DNA from: Sphingobacteriia bacterium
Lineage (GTDB): Bacteria > Bacteroidota > Bacteroidia > Bacteroidales > 4484-276
Reading direction: 5' to 3'
Assembly: GCA_009930115.1 (NCBI GenBank)
Contig: RZYY01000001.1
Coordinates: forward strand, 4,167 to 68,166
Length of the DNA stretch: 64,000 nt
Part shown: positions 1-8,561 of the stretch, one piece after another
Layout: every line of letters begins with the position of its first letter
Position numbering within the stretch: position 1 is the first letter of the stretch
Notes under the pieces: model-generated
What the model was told of the DNA's origin: nothing
Database searches by the model: none
What the model saw: the letters and a program-made list of their open reading frames with translations, nothing else
Made by a program: the position numbers and the translations under genes

Positions 1-222
1 AGAAAAAAAGCAGAGAAGCAACACAATAAATAATTCCCCTGATAATCAGGTTTTTATAGTATTTTTTAATAAAACTATCCAGCTTTTTTATCAATAATTG
101 GTAGCTATCTGTCATCATTTCCGAAAATAATTTCTGTTTTCAACAGGGTAATTCATCAATTGTTAAAAACGAACCCGATTATTTAATTATTTCAAATAAT
201 GCTGCAAAGGTAAAATTATCAA

Positions 223-230
223 TATCTTTG
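223..230 (+). promoter_or_regulatory. Candidate Bacteroidota -7 promoter box TATCTTTG (TAnnTTTG)
   Basis: Exact TAnnTTTG match about 70 nt upstream of ATG 301. The motif is also expected by chance in AT-rich DNA. Confidence 0.35.
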
Positions 231-300
231 CGATTATCAATATTTGTTGCTGAATACAATCAGATAACTAACGCAAAACAGGAAAAATGATAAAAATAAA

Positions 301-2001
301 ATGAAAACAAATCAAATTTTATTAAAAGCTGTCATTCTGATAATTGTTATGCTTCCAGCAATATTGCCTGCTCAAACTGAAGATAAACCCTACATGCACA
401 GGGAGATACCTGATGATCCCTGGTTACCGAATGCACATCAGAACAAAAAAACCGGTCCGGCCTATATGGTCAGAAATAGTGGTTTTTTTTCCACTCAGGT
501 AAATGTAAACGAATTTGGTGAAAATATTTTTGATGATGCGGCCAACGAGCCCTCAATAACCGTCGATCCAAACGACCCATTACGAATGGTTATTGGTTGG
601 AGACAGTTCGATAATGTGGTAAGTAACTTCCGTCAGGCTGGATATGCTTATTCGGTTGATGGAGGTGAAACGTGGACATTTCCGGGGGCAATCAATCCAG
701 GGGTATTTCGTTCTGACCCCGTCCTTGATGCAGATTCAGAAGGAAATATTTATTATAACAGTTTATCTGTTGACAATCAAAATAATTACTGGTGTGATGT
801 TTTTAAGGCTGAAGGAGTTGGATTTGAATGGGATGACGGAACTTTTGCACAGGGAGGCGACAAACAATGGATGGTTATTGACCGTACCGGAGGAATGGGA
901 GAGGGACATATTTATTCGTTCTGGAATTCTTCATTCAGTATTTGTTATCCGTTGTCATTTACCCGTTCGATTGATGCAGGCGTTTCTTACGAAGATTGTG
1001 TAGAAGTGTCCGGTGATCCGTATTGGGGGACAATGGCTGTTGGACCTGATGGCGAATTGTATGTTGCAGGTGCCGGCCAGTTTGGAAGTCTTACCGTATC
1101 AAAATCAACAATGGCGCAGAATCCAGCTTTTCCCGTTTATTGGGATTTTGTTAAACAAGTTTATGTGGATGGTTCATTGAACGGTTGGACCAATATCAAC
1201 CCTGAAGGCCTTATGGGACAGGCAAATATTTGTGTTGATAAATCGGGTGGGCCGGGAAACGGATATGTGTATGTTCTGGCTTCCGTTGAAAGGCTGTCGA
1301 ATAATGACCCTGCCGACGTGATGTTTGCCCGAAGTACGGATGGAGGAGTGACCTGGGATTCACCGGTTAGAATCAATGATGATCCGGAAGAAAATAATTA
1401 TCAGTGGTTTGGCACCATGTCAGTTGCACCTGGCGGACGGATTGATGTGATTTGGCTTGATACAAGGAACGCGCTGACAGGAACTTATCTGTCGTCACTC
1501 TATTACTCGTTTTCGTTCGACAATGGCGAAACATGGTCGGAAAATGAGCAGCTTTCTGAAGCTTTTGACCCGCATGTTGGATGGCCAAATCAGGAAAAAC
1601 TGGGCGATTATTTTGATATGATTTCAGATAACCAGAGTGCTCATTTGGCTTGGGCCGGGACTTTCAACGGCGAGCAGGATGTTTATTACGGACGAATTAC
1701 ACCAATAATCACAACAGTTCATCAAAAACCTCAAACGGTAAGTACACCTGCTATTTCATGCTTCCCGAATCCGTTTACACGCAAAGCAACAATTAGTTAT
1801 TATCTTCCGCAAACTGATCGGGTGGATGTTTCGATATTTGACATGTATGGAAAAAAGATAAAAACATTGGTTAACACCCATCAGGAGGGAGGAACCCATA
1901 CAGTTTCAATCAACGGCAACCAGCTGACCGGAGGATTATTCATCTGCAAAATTACAATCAAAGGAATGTCAAAAACAACTACGTTTGTTCATTTAAAATA
2001 G
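301..2001 (+). CDS. Secreted BNR/Asp-box (sialidase-like beta-propeller) protein with T9SS C-terminal sorting domain
   Basis: Signal peptide MKTNQILLKAVILIIVMLPAILPAQ. Four Asp-box SxDxGxTW-type motifs (SVDGGETW, SIDAGVSY, STDGGVTW, SFDNGETW). C-terminal tail CFPNPFTRKATISYYL...FDMYGKKIKTL is typical of Por/T9SS CTDs. Confidence 0.75.
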   Translation: MKTNQILLKAVILIIVMLPAILPAQTEDKPYMHREIPDDPWLPNAHQNKKTGPAYMVRNSGFFSTQVNVNEFGENIFDDAANEPSITVDPNDPLRMVIGWRQFDNVVSNFRQAGYAYSVDGGETWTFPGAINPGVFRSDPVLDADSEGNIYYNSLSVDNQNNYWCDVFKAEGVGFEWDDGTFAQGGDKQWMVIDRTGGMGEGHIYSFWNSSFSICYPLSFTRSIDAGVSYEDCVEVSGDPYWGTMAVGPDGELYVAGAGQFGSLTVSKSTMAQNPAFPVYWDFVKQVYVDGSLNGWTNINPEGLMGQANICVDKSGGPGNGYVYVLASVERLSNNDPADVMFARSTDGGVTWDSPVRINDDPEENNYQWFGTMSVAPGGRIDVIWLDTRNALTGTYLSSLYYSFSFDNGETWSENEQLSEAFDPHVGWPNQEKLGDYFDMISDNQSAHLAWAGTFNGEQDVYYGRITPIITTVHQKPQTVSTPAISCFPNPFTRKATISYYLPQTDRVDVSIFDMYGKKIKTLVNTHQEGGTHTVSINGNQLTGGLFICKITIKGMSKTTTFVHLK

Positions 2002-2292
2002 TGGGTAATAATAACGACAATTCTCAAAGGTCGATGATTATAGAAAAACGAACAAGAATATTTATCTGAATAAAGGCCAAAATTTTGCATAATCAGCATT
2101 GTATTTTTTAAATGACTGTATTTTAAGGAGACTTATAACTTTATAAAACCATTATTGTCTAATACGGTCTTCCTGTTTACAAAGGTGAAACAGATAAACC
2201 CGATTAAGGAAAGATTCCAAATTTAATGTTTGAAAAAAATATCAGAACAGTACCCAAAGAGAAAAAATCATTTTCTGATCGGCTTATTCAAC

Positions 2293-2300
2293 TATTTTTG
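2293..2300 (+). promoter_or_regulatory. Candidate -7 promoter box TATTTTTG for the YebC-family gene
   Basis: Exact TAnnTTTG ending 20 nt before ATG 2321. Confidence 0.5.
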
Positions 2301-2320
2301 CGGCCAAAATTCAACATACT

Positions 2321-3034
2321 ATGGGACGTGCATTTGAATTCCGGAAAGCCCGTAAGCTGAAGCGCTGGGGCAATATGGCCAAAACTTTTACCAAGATAGG
2401 AAAAGAAATTTCGATTGCTGTTAAATCTGGCGGAGCTGATCCTTCCGGAAATCCGCGGCTGAGACTTTTGCTGCAAAACGCAAAAGCAGCCAATATGCCT
2501 AAGGATAACGTGGAACGAGCCATAAAAAAAGCCATTTCGAAAGACACAGAAGACTATAGAGAAGTGGTTTACGAAGGTTATGGTCCTCATGGTGTTGCTG
2601 TGGTGGTTGAAACATTTACTGATAATCCAACACGAACTGTAGCCAACGTCCGCAGCTATTTTACCCGAAACGGCGGCTCGCTGGGGACTTCAGGTAGTCT
2701 GAGTTTTATGTTTGAACATAAATGTGTTTTTAAACTTAAAACAAAGGATAATATTGATCTCGAAGACCTTGAACTGGAATTGATAGACCTGGGAGTAACT
2801 GAAATCTTTGCTGAAGAGGATACCATATTCGTTTATGCTGAATTTGAATCTTTTGGTGCTTTGCAGACTTATTTTGAAGAAAACAAATTTGAGATTATCA
2901 GTGCCGAGTTTGAGAGGATTCCAACACAAACCAAGACATTATCACCGGATCAAATGGCAGATTTCGAGAAAATGCTCGCTAAATTTGAAGAAGATGAAGA
3001 TGTAAGCAACATCTTTCATAATATGAAGGAATAG
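2321..3034 (+). CDS. yebC: YebC/PmpR family DNA-binding transcriptional regulator
   Basis: Full-length 237-aa ORF. N-terminus MGRAFEFRKARKLKRWGNMAKTFTKIGKEI and the YEGYGPHGVAV block are characteristic of the YebC/TACO1 family. Confidence 0.9.
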   Translation: MGRAFEFRKARKLKRWGNMAKTFTKIGKEISIAVKSGGADPSGNPRLRLLLQNAKAANMPKDNVERAIKKAISKDTEDYREVVYEGYGPHGVAVVVETFTDNPTRTVANVRSYFTRNGGSLGTSGSLSFMFEHKCVFKLKTKDNIDLEDLELELIDLGVTEIFAEEDTIFVYAEFESFGALQTYFEENKFEIISAEFERIPTQTKTLSPDQMADFEKMLAKFEEDEDVSNIFHNMKE

Positions 3035-3049
3035 CAGCAAATGAAATCA

Positions 3050-4582
3050 TTATCTGGCCACAACAATTGTTTTTGTTTCAGTTTTGATGTGTCCGGTACC
3101 GGTATTTTTACTCTCAGTTAAAGCAAAGTAAACACCTTCAGGAACGCGGGAAGCATCCCATTCGTATCGCTGAAACCCGTTTGGGCAGCCATTTATTTCT
3201 GTAATTAGTTTTCCATTTACATCTCTTAGCGAAACAGACAATATGAGATTTTCATCCGATAAGGTTTCAATGGTGATAATCCTGCTCCCCGGATTTGGGA
3301 AAATGTTGATGGTGCTGATGTCTTCATTTTGATTTTCAACAATTCCCACATTGAACAAAGTAAACAAAGAATCCATAGGAACCTCAACAGGTTGTAACAT
3401 ATAAGCCGGAGTGCCGGTTTCAGCAAACGAAAAACGAATGATGTTCTGAGTTGGAATAAATTGTATTGTTTGCAGGTTGGTGTTAACACCGGCAGTTCCA
3501 AGCACATTCCAATTGCGGTTGACATCCAGTTGATTGGATGTTTGGAGCGAATCGGAAATTCGATTGTATCGGGAACAGGAGGTTGGTGGCTTCAATAATC
3601 TGAAATGATTTGTAGCAACCAGGTTGTCACCGAAATACGCAGGATTTTCATTTTTTGTCCGGATGGCGTTTCCATAAGCATTGTGTATTTCAAGAATTTC
3701 TGCTGCCGGTTCAAGGAATGAAGGCCCTGCAGAATGGACAATGTAAGTGCTTGCTACATTATGAGAGCGAACAGCATCAGTAATATCTCGTGGAGAACAG
3801 ATACCATCGTTGTTAAAATCCCTGGCTTCCAGGCCATCACGCTGAGCAAGATTAACAGGGTAAAAGCCCGTTCCTGCAGGGCTGGAAAAATAATTTCCCA
3901 TATTCTGGAAGGTAGCTACACCCGATTCATTCATGCCGGACAGCGCACCGATCATCCCTGCATATCCGAAAGTAATAAAAGACTGTTTTAGCGGGTCACC
4001 TGTCACCCAGATTACAATCAGGGCATTGTTGATAAGATGGGGATTGTTAACCCAGTCAAGATTTCGATCAATCACTGTTTCACCAAGCAGCTCAGGTGCA
4101 TTTGCAGTAGCATCACCCCAGCTGGTGAGATTGGAGCATCCCGGGCCATTGTAATACCATTTCTCTGAAAAGGCTGTAAAATCGGGGATCGAATAGGCAA
4201 TCAGTATATCCTTGTAGGTCAGCGTGTCGTTAAGAACAGTCGAGTACAGATCAATATTGGCCATTTCCATTCCGTCAATCATCCCCTGGGCAATTTCAAT
4301 GTATTTGTCGTCCACCACAAAATGCTCATCAAAGATTTGTCGAGCCTGGTTATAGCCCGCAACCCCGCCAAAAGCAGATGGGATAACATAATTTTCGAAA
4401 ACCGGTTTGATTTGGTGACCAAGGAACCATCCGTAATTGAAACCATCTTCCCAATTCCAACCGCTACCCAACCAAATTGCCAGGTGGCCGTTAATTCGCA
4501 ACGTATCGGCAGCCACAAATGGATTAGGTTTTGAAACGGCAGAACAGCATAATAGCAATAAAACAAGTGCAAGTTTTTTCAT
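3050..4582 (-). CDS. Secreted Ntn-hydrolase-like (peptidase C45-like) protein with T9SS C-terminal sorting domain
   Basis: Signal peptide MKKLALVLLLLCCSAV. Candidate nucleophile context GPGCSNLTSWG and an RNLDW motif resemble C45/C59 Ntn hydrolases. C-terminal INIFPNPGSRIITIE...VNGKLI resembles a T9SS CTD. The family assignment is tentative. Confidence 0.6.
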   Translation of the reverse strand: MKKLALVLLLLCCSAVSKPNPFVAADTLRINGHLAIWLGSGWNWEDGFNYGWFLGHQIKPVFENYVIPSAFGGVAGYNQARQIFDEHFVVDDKYIEIAQGMIDGMEMANIDLYSTVLNDTLTYKDILIAYSIPDFTAFSEKWYYNGPGCSNLTSWGDATANAPELLGETVIDRNLDWVNNPHLINNALIVIWVTGDPLKQSFITFGYAGMIGALSGMNESGVATFQNMGNYFSSPAGTGFYPVNLAQRDGLEARDFNNDGICSPRDITDAVRSHNVASTYIVHSAGPSFLEPAAEILEIHNAYGNAIRTKNENPAYFGDNLVATNHFRLLKPPTSCSRYNRISDSLQTSNQLDVNRNWNVLGTAGVNTNLQTIQFIPTQNIIRFSFAETGTPAYMLQPVEVPMDSLFTLFNVGIVENQNEDISTINIFPNPGSRIITIETLSDENLILSVSLRDVNGKLITEINGCPNGFQRYEWDASRVPEGVYFALTESKNTGTGHIKTETKTIVVAR

Positions 4583-4678
4583 AATAATTTGAACTGAATT
4601 ACTTTACAAAGTAAATGAATTTCAATCATAAATGAAAGCGGGATATGTTTTTTTTCACTAGTGTCCGGAAAAATAATT

Positions 4679-4716
4679 GGAGATTCCTCACCGCCGGCTG
4701 GTGGTGAGGAATCTCC
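4679..4716. other. Orphan GC-rich inverted repeat (14-bp perfect stem, extendable to about 17 bp) in a divergent promoter region
   Basis: GGAGATTCCTCACC-gccggctggt-GGTGAGGAATCTCC. T/A runs follow on both strands (TGCTCATTTTT on +, AATTATTTTT on -). No adjacent gene ends here. Confidence 0.8.
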
Positions 4717-4892
4717 TGCTCATTTTTAATTGCTTTCATTTTTAATCGGACAATAGTGGTTTTTTTAATAGTTACATGATTATATATTCTTTGCGGTGTT
4801 ATTAACCATAACAATGAAAGCAGAGTTTACCTGTTACTAATGTTGTTACCGAAATGCTCTTTCAGAGTTCATTATAATCCCACTGCAACCAT

Positions 4893-4900
4893 TATCTTTG
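4893..4900 (+). promoter_or_regulatory. Candidate -7 promoter box TATCTTTG for gltX
   Basis: Exact TAnnTTTG ending 16 nt before ATG 4917. Confidence 0.55.
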
Positions 4901-4916
4901 CAGAAAATTTCTAATT

Positions 4917-6443
4917 ATGACCGAGCAAAAACCAGTAAGGGTACGTTTTGCACCAAGTCCAACCGGGCCACTCCATATTGGCGGGGTGCGTACAGCACTT
5001 TACAATTATCTTTTTGCAAAACGAAACAAGGGTACTTTTTTGCTAAGGATCGAAGATACCGATCAGCTTAGGTATGTTCCCGGAGCAGAGGAATACATCA
5101 TCCGATCGTTGAAATGGTGTGGCATTGAATACGACGAAGGGCCTGATACCGGAGGGAAGTTTGCTCCATACCGACAGTCAGAACGCAAGGCTTTGTATGC
5201 ACAATATGCTGATTTGCTTGTTTCTTCAGGGAATGCTTATTACGCTTTCGACACCCCGGAAGAACTGGAAACCATGCGTGAACGACTGAAAGCCGAAAAA
5301 TCTGACAGTCAGCAGTATGATGTAAAAACACGCAGTACAATGAACAATTCGCTGACAATGAGCGAAAAAGAAACCCGGAGAAGAATAGAAGAAGGCGAAC
5401 CTTACGTGATCAGAATAAAAATACCGGCAGGCGAAACCATAGTTGTAAATGACCTTATCAGGGGAAGTGTAGAGGTGAAATCAGAACTCCTGGACGATAA
5501 GGTGCTTTTTAAATCCGACGGAATGCCCACTTATCATCTGGCCAATATTGTCGATGACCACCTGATGGAAATCAGTCATGTAATCAGAGGTGAAGAATGG
5601 TTGCCATCGGCACCGCTGCATGTGTTTCTCTATAAGTGTTTTGGATGGGAAGCACCAAAATTTGCTCATTTACCCCTGTTGCTTAAACCTGATGGAAATG
5701 GTAAGTTGAGTAAACGCGACGGTGATCGTCTGGGATTTCCTGTTTTCCCGCTGCAGTGGACTGATCCTGTTTCAGGTGAAGTTTCAAGTGGCTATCGTGA
5801 ATCAGGCTATTTTCCTGAAGCATTTATCAACATGCTTGCCCTGCTTGGATGGAATCCGGGTACAGAACAGGAGATTTTCTCCCTGAAAGAACTTGCCGGG
5901 GAGTTTTCACTTGACAGGGTAGGCAAATCAGGTTCCAAATTTGATCCGGAAAAAGCCAAATGGTTTAATCACAAATACCTGACAGAGAAAAGTGATACCG
6001 AACTTGCTGTTCATTTTATGCCTGTCCTGGCGCAAAAAGGAATTACACCTGACCCCGCTTTTGTAGAAAAAGTTGTAGGTATCATTAAGGAACGTGCAAA
6101 TTTTATTACTGACTTTTGGGAACAATCCTCATTTTTCTTTATTGCTCCGCAAAATTATGATGAACAGGTAGTGAAAAAACGCTGGAAAGCAGATACAGGC
6201 CAGTTGATGAACAACCTGAAAGAACGACTTGTACAGTTGGAACCATTTACTGCTGAACATATTAAAGAAAATGTCCATCATTTTGTTGAAGAAAATAGTA
6301 TTGGAATGGGCGTGGTTATGAATGCCCTCCGGCTGGTTTTGGTTGGTGGTGCTTTTGGGCCGGACCTGGCACTTATAGCCGGGATGATTGGGAAAAGTGA
6401 AGTGATAAACCGAATAGAAACAGGTATTTCAAAATTGGGCTAA
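4917..6443 (+). CDS. gltX: Glutamate--tRNA ligase
   Basis: RVRFAPSPTGPLHIGGVRTALYNYL (HIGH-type motif) and KLSKR motif (GNGKLSKRDG). Length of 508 aa is typical. Confidence 0.95.
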   Translation: MTEQKPVRVRFAPSPTGPLHIGGVRTALYNYLFAKRNKGTFLLRIEDTDQLRYVPGAEEYIIRSLKWCGIEYDEGPDTGGKFAPYRQSERKALYAQYADLLVSSGNAYYAFDTPEELETMRERLKAEKSDSQQYDVKTRSTMNNSLTMSEKETRRRIEEGEPYVIRIKIPAGETIVVNDLIRGSVEVKSELLDDKVLFKSDGMPTYHLANIVDDHLMEISHVIRGEEWLPSAPLHVFLYKCFGWEAPKFAHLPLLLKPDGNGKLSKRDGDRLGFPVFPLQWTDPVSGEVSSGYRESGYFPEAFINMLALLGWNPGTEQEIFSLKELAGEFSLDRVGKSGSKFDPEKAKWFNHKYLTEKSDTELAVHFMPVLAQKGITPDPAFVEKVVGIIKERANFITDFWEQSSFFFIAPQNYDEQVVKKRWKADTGQLMNNLKERLVQLEPFTAEHIKENVHHFVEENSIGMGVVMNALRLVLVGGAFGPDLALIAGMIGKSEVINRIETGISKLG

Positions 6444-6444
6444 A

Positions 6445-6795
6445 ATGGCACAGATTGCACTGGAAAACATGGAGTTCTTTGCTTATCACGGCTGCTTCAG
6501 CGAAGAACAAATTATAGGAACCCGTTTTATCATTGATCTGTGGATTGAAACCGATACTACAGAAGCTGAACACACCGACAAAATCACACATACCATCAAT
6601 TATCAGGATGTTTATTTTCTGGTAAAAGAACAGATGATCATAAAATCAAAATTGCTGGAGCATGTCGGGAGAAGAATTCTTGATGCACTGACCGAAAAGT
6701 TTCCAGACGTGATTTCAGCCAGAATAAAAGTTTCAAAAATGAACCCGCCACTTGGTGGAAAAGTGGGTTGTGTGAGCATTGTCCTGTCAACATAA
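6445..6795 (+). CDS. folB: Dihydroneopterin aldolase
   Basis: 116 aa. MEFFAYHGCFSEEQIIGTRFIIDLW matches the FolB N-terminal core pattern. Starts 1 nt after the gltX stop. Confidence 0.8.
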   Translation: MAQIALENMEFFAYHGCFSEEQIIGTRFIIDLWIETDTTEAEHTDKITHTINYQDVYFLVKEQMIIKSKLLEHVGRRILDALTEKFPDVISARIKVSKMNPPLGGKVGCVSIVLST

Positions 6796-6799
6796 TCTC

Positions 6800-6994
6800 A
6801 TGAAAAAAACCGACGCCAGTTCAAACAATGCGATTTGTCCAAAATGCGGACGGTCGTTCACATGTAATCCAACAGGAAAATGCTGGTGCAGCGGGTTTAC
6901 CATTCCTGCTGAAAACCTGCGGTTACTTAAAACAAAATATTCATCCTGCCTTTGTCCTGAATGCTTACAGGAGTTTGCTGTACAAAATCCTTGA
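6800..6994 (+). CDS. Cysteine-rich CWC family small protein
   Basis: CPKCGRSFTC...KCWCSGF...CLCPECL cysteine pattern. ATG at 6800 lies 4 nt after the folB stop. The ORF-track start at 6779 overlaps folB and is less likely. Confidence 0.65.
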   Translation: MKKTDASSNNAICPKCGRSFTCNPTGKCWCSGFTIPAENLRLLKTKYSSCLCPECLQEFAVQNP

Positions 6995-7062
6995 TTTTCA
7001 GCCCGAGTTCCAGATCCTGATTGAAAGAGATAATCCACAAATTTTTCATAGGTGAGATAAGC

Positions 7063-7090
7063 GGATTTTCACCCATATGGGTGAAAATCC
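7063..7090. repeat. 28-nt perfect palindrome GGATTTTCACCCATATGGGTGAAAATCC
   Basis: Read directly: 14+14 nt, fully self-complementary. It is nested in a second inverted repeat, AGCGGATT (7060-7067) / AATCCGCT (7101-7108). Confidence 0.9.
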
Positions 7091-7246
7091 GGTCTCGATT
7101 AATCCGCTGTTATCATCATCAGCATCATCATTAAATTTTCTAATCTTTTATTAATCAAATATATAGACACATAGAACAATTCTATTGCAGGTTGTTTGAT
7201 GTTTCTGGCACGATAATTAGGCTTCTGGTTACACAAATGAAAAGTA

Positions 7247-7396
7247 ATGAAGCCATTAACAAATTACGGGCATGAAAACAAAAAGGTATCTGTGCTGAAT
7301 GTGTCAAAGCTGTATGATGCTGGTGCTGTAAAACTGGCTGCAAATACAGATAGGATGTTGTCCGATTTTGAAAAATGTAATAAAACGAAAAAATAA
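7247..7396 (+). CDS. Possible small ORF (49 aa, hydrophilic, no recognisable family)
   Basis: ATG 7247 to TAA 7394-7396 encodes MKPLTNYGHENKKVSVLNVSKLYDAGAVKLAANTDRMLSDFEKCNKTKK. It is followed 50 nt later by a strong intrinsic terminator. No clear promoter box and no homology recognised. Confidence 0.2.
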   Translation: MKPLTNYGHENKKVSVLNVSKLYDAGAVKLAANTDRMLSDFEKCNKTKK

Positions 7397-7445
7397 TCAG
7401 AAGGTAACAACTTAGATTGCCCCCAAACCTTTTCTCTGTTCAAAA

Positions 7446-7474
7446 GATCGTCCCGAATCCGGGACGGTCTTTTT
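7446..7474 (+). terminator. Rho-independent terminator (usable in both directions)
   Basis: GATCGTCCCG-aatc-CGGGACGGTC followed by TTTTT. On the minus strand the same hairpin is followed by TCTTTTG. Confidence 0.7.
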
Positions 7475-7582
7475 GACTTCAGGCGGTATCATTAATCAGG
7501 ATTAAAGCACCAGAGTGCTGGTCTGGATTACATTTAAGAAAAAACAAACAGATTTTGCCGGGCAAGTTTGGGTTGATAGAAA

Positions 7583-8401
7583 TTACCTGCCTATTCTTGC
7601 TTTTATGGGATTTTTCAATCCTGAAGCTTTAGTCAGTTCCATTTTTACCGAGCCAACGATAACTGCAGATTCGCCAAGAATTGGGATTTTATTCTCGTCA
7701 TCTGTTATCCAGAGAGTCATCGGGTAAGAATTGCTGAATACTTCACCGGTAGCTACCATAGGTTTGAAAGCAAGGCAATGAAATTTTCCAAGGTCGGTTT
7801 CCACAATTTGTCTTCCTTCAAATTGAATTACAGAAACATAAAGCGAATCATCAAGGTAATAATTGACTGAAATATGATCTCCTGTTTCCAGTGTATCGGC
7901 ATTTAGTGTTCGGGCGTAATATGCAGCTGAAAGGATATCCTGAACGTAAGGTAAGATGGGATTTGTTTCACGCCGACTCACAGCAATACAATTTTTGTGG
8001 TCGAAATCTATATCATCATCCCGCACATATCCGCCTTCACGGGTACGCCTGACAAAGTGATGAGTCATCAGTGATTCTTTATCCATATAAGACTCGAACC
8101 GGTCACGCACTTTAAAAAAAATATCGAATGCTCTGTTGGATTTGCCCGAACCGACAATATGATGAACTTCCCTGCCATCAAATTTCCGGTTCGTTTTTTT
8201 TACTTCAATTTCTGCTGTTCCTGCATTCACCTGTCCGGTGAGCAATGATTCGTAATAAACTCTGTATTTAAGCACTTCACCAGTTTCCCAGGAATTATTT
8301 TCCAGTTTACGGTATTCAAAAACAGGATTATTCTGCGACACGGATGAAATAGCTGAGTGCAGGCAGATAACTAACAGAATCAATTTTAACCGGAAATCCA
8401 T
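7583..8401 (-). CDS. DUF3108 domain-containing protein (secreted)
   Basis: Signal peptide begins at the internal ATG 8401 (MDFRLKLILLVICLHSAISSVSQ). GEVLKYRVYY...AGTAEIEVKK resembles the DUF3108 N-terminal pattern. The upstream 24 codons of the track ORF are probably not translated. Confidence 0.65.
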   Translation of the reverse strand: MDFRLKLILLVICLHSAISSVSQNNPVFEYRKLENNSWETGEVLKYRVYYESLLTGQVNAGTAEIEVKKTNRKFDGREVHHIVGSGKSNRAFDIFFKVRDRFESYMDKESLMTHHFVRRTREGGYVRDDDIDFDHKNCIAVSRRETNPILPYVQDILSAAYYARTLNADTLETGDHISVNYYLDDSLYVSVIQFEGRQIVETDLGKFHCLAFKPMVATGEVFSNSYPMTLWITDDENKIPILGESAVIVGSVKMELTKASGLKNPIKARIGR

Positions 8402-8561
8402 AAAAAACGAAATGCAGGGTTGTGTATTTAACACGTAAAGCCTGAGAAAATTGCTCATTATGGTCAAAATCAAAGTACAGTTAATTGCTGGCTAAGAACA
8501 ATTATTAAACCAAAACCGAAAAAAGTCAGGTGACTGTCCAGAATAGACCAAGTCAAATATT

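Noticed and set aside
4583-4916. A T-box or other leader might regulate gltX (similarly for leuS and cysS).
   Set aside because: The promoter boxes lie 16-20 nt from the gltX and cysS ATGs, so the leaders are too short. T-box elements are also not expected in this phylum. The 4679-4716 hairpin lies upstream of the gltX promoter box.
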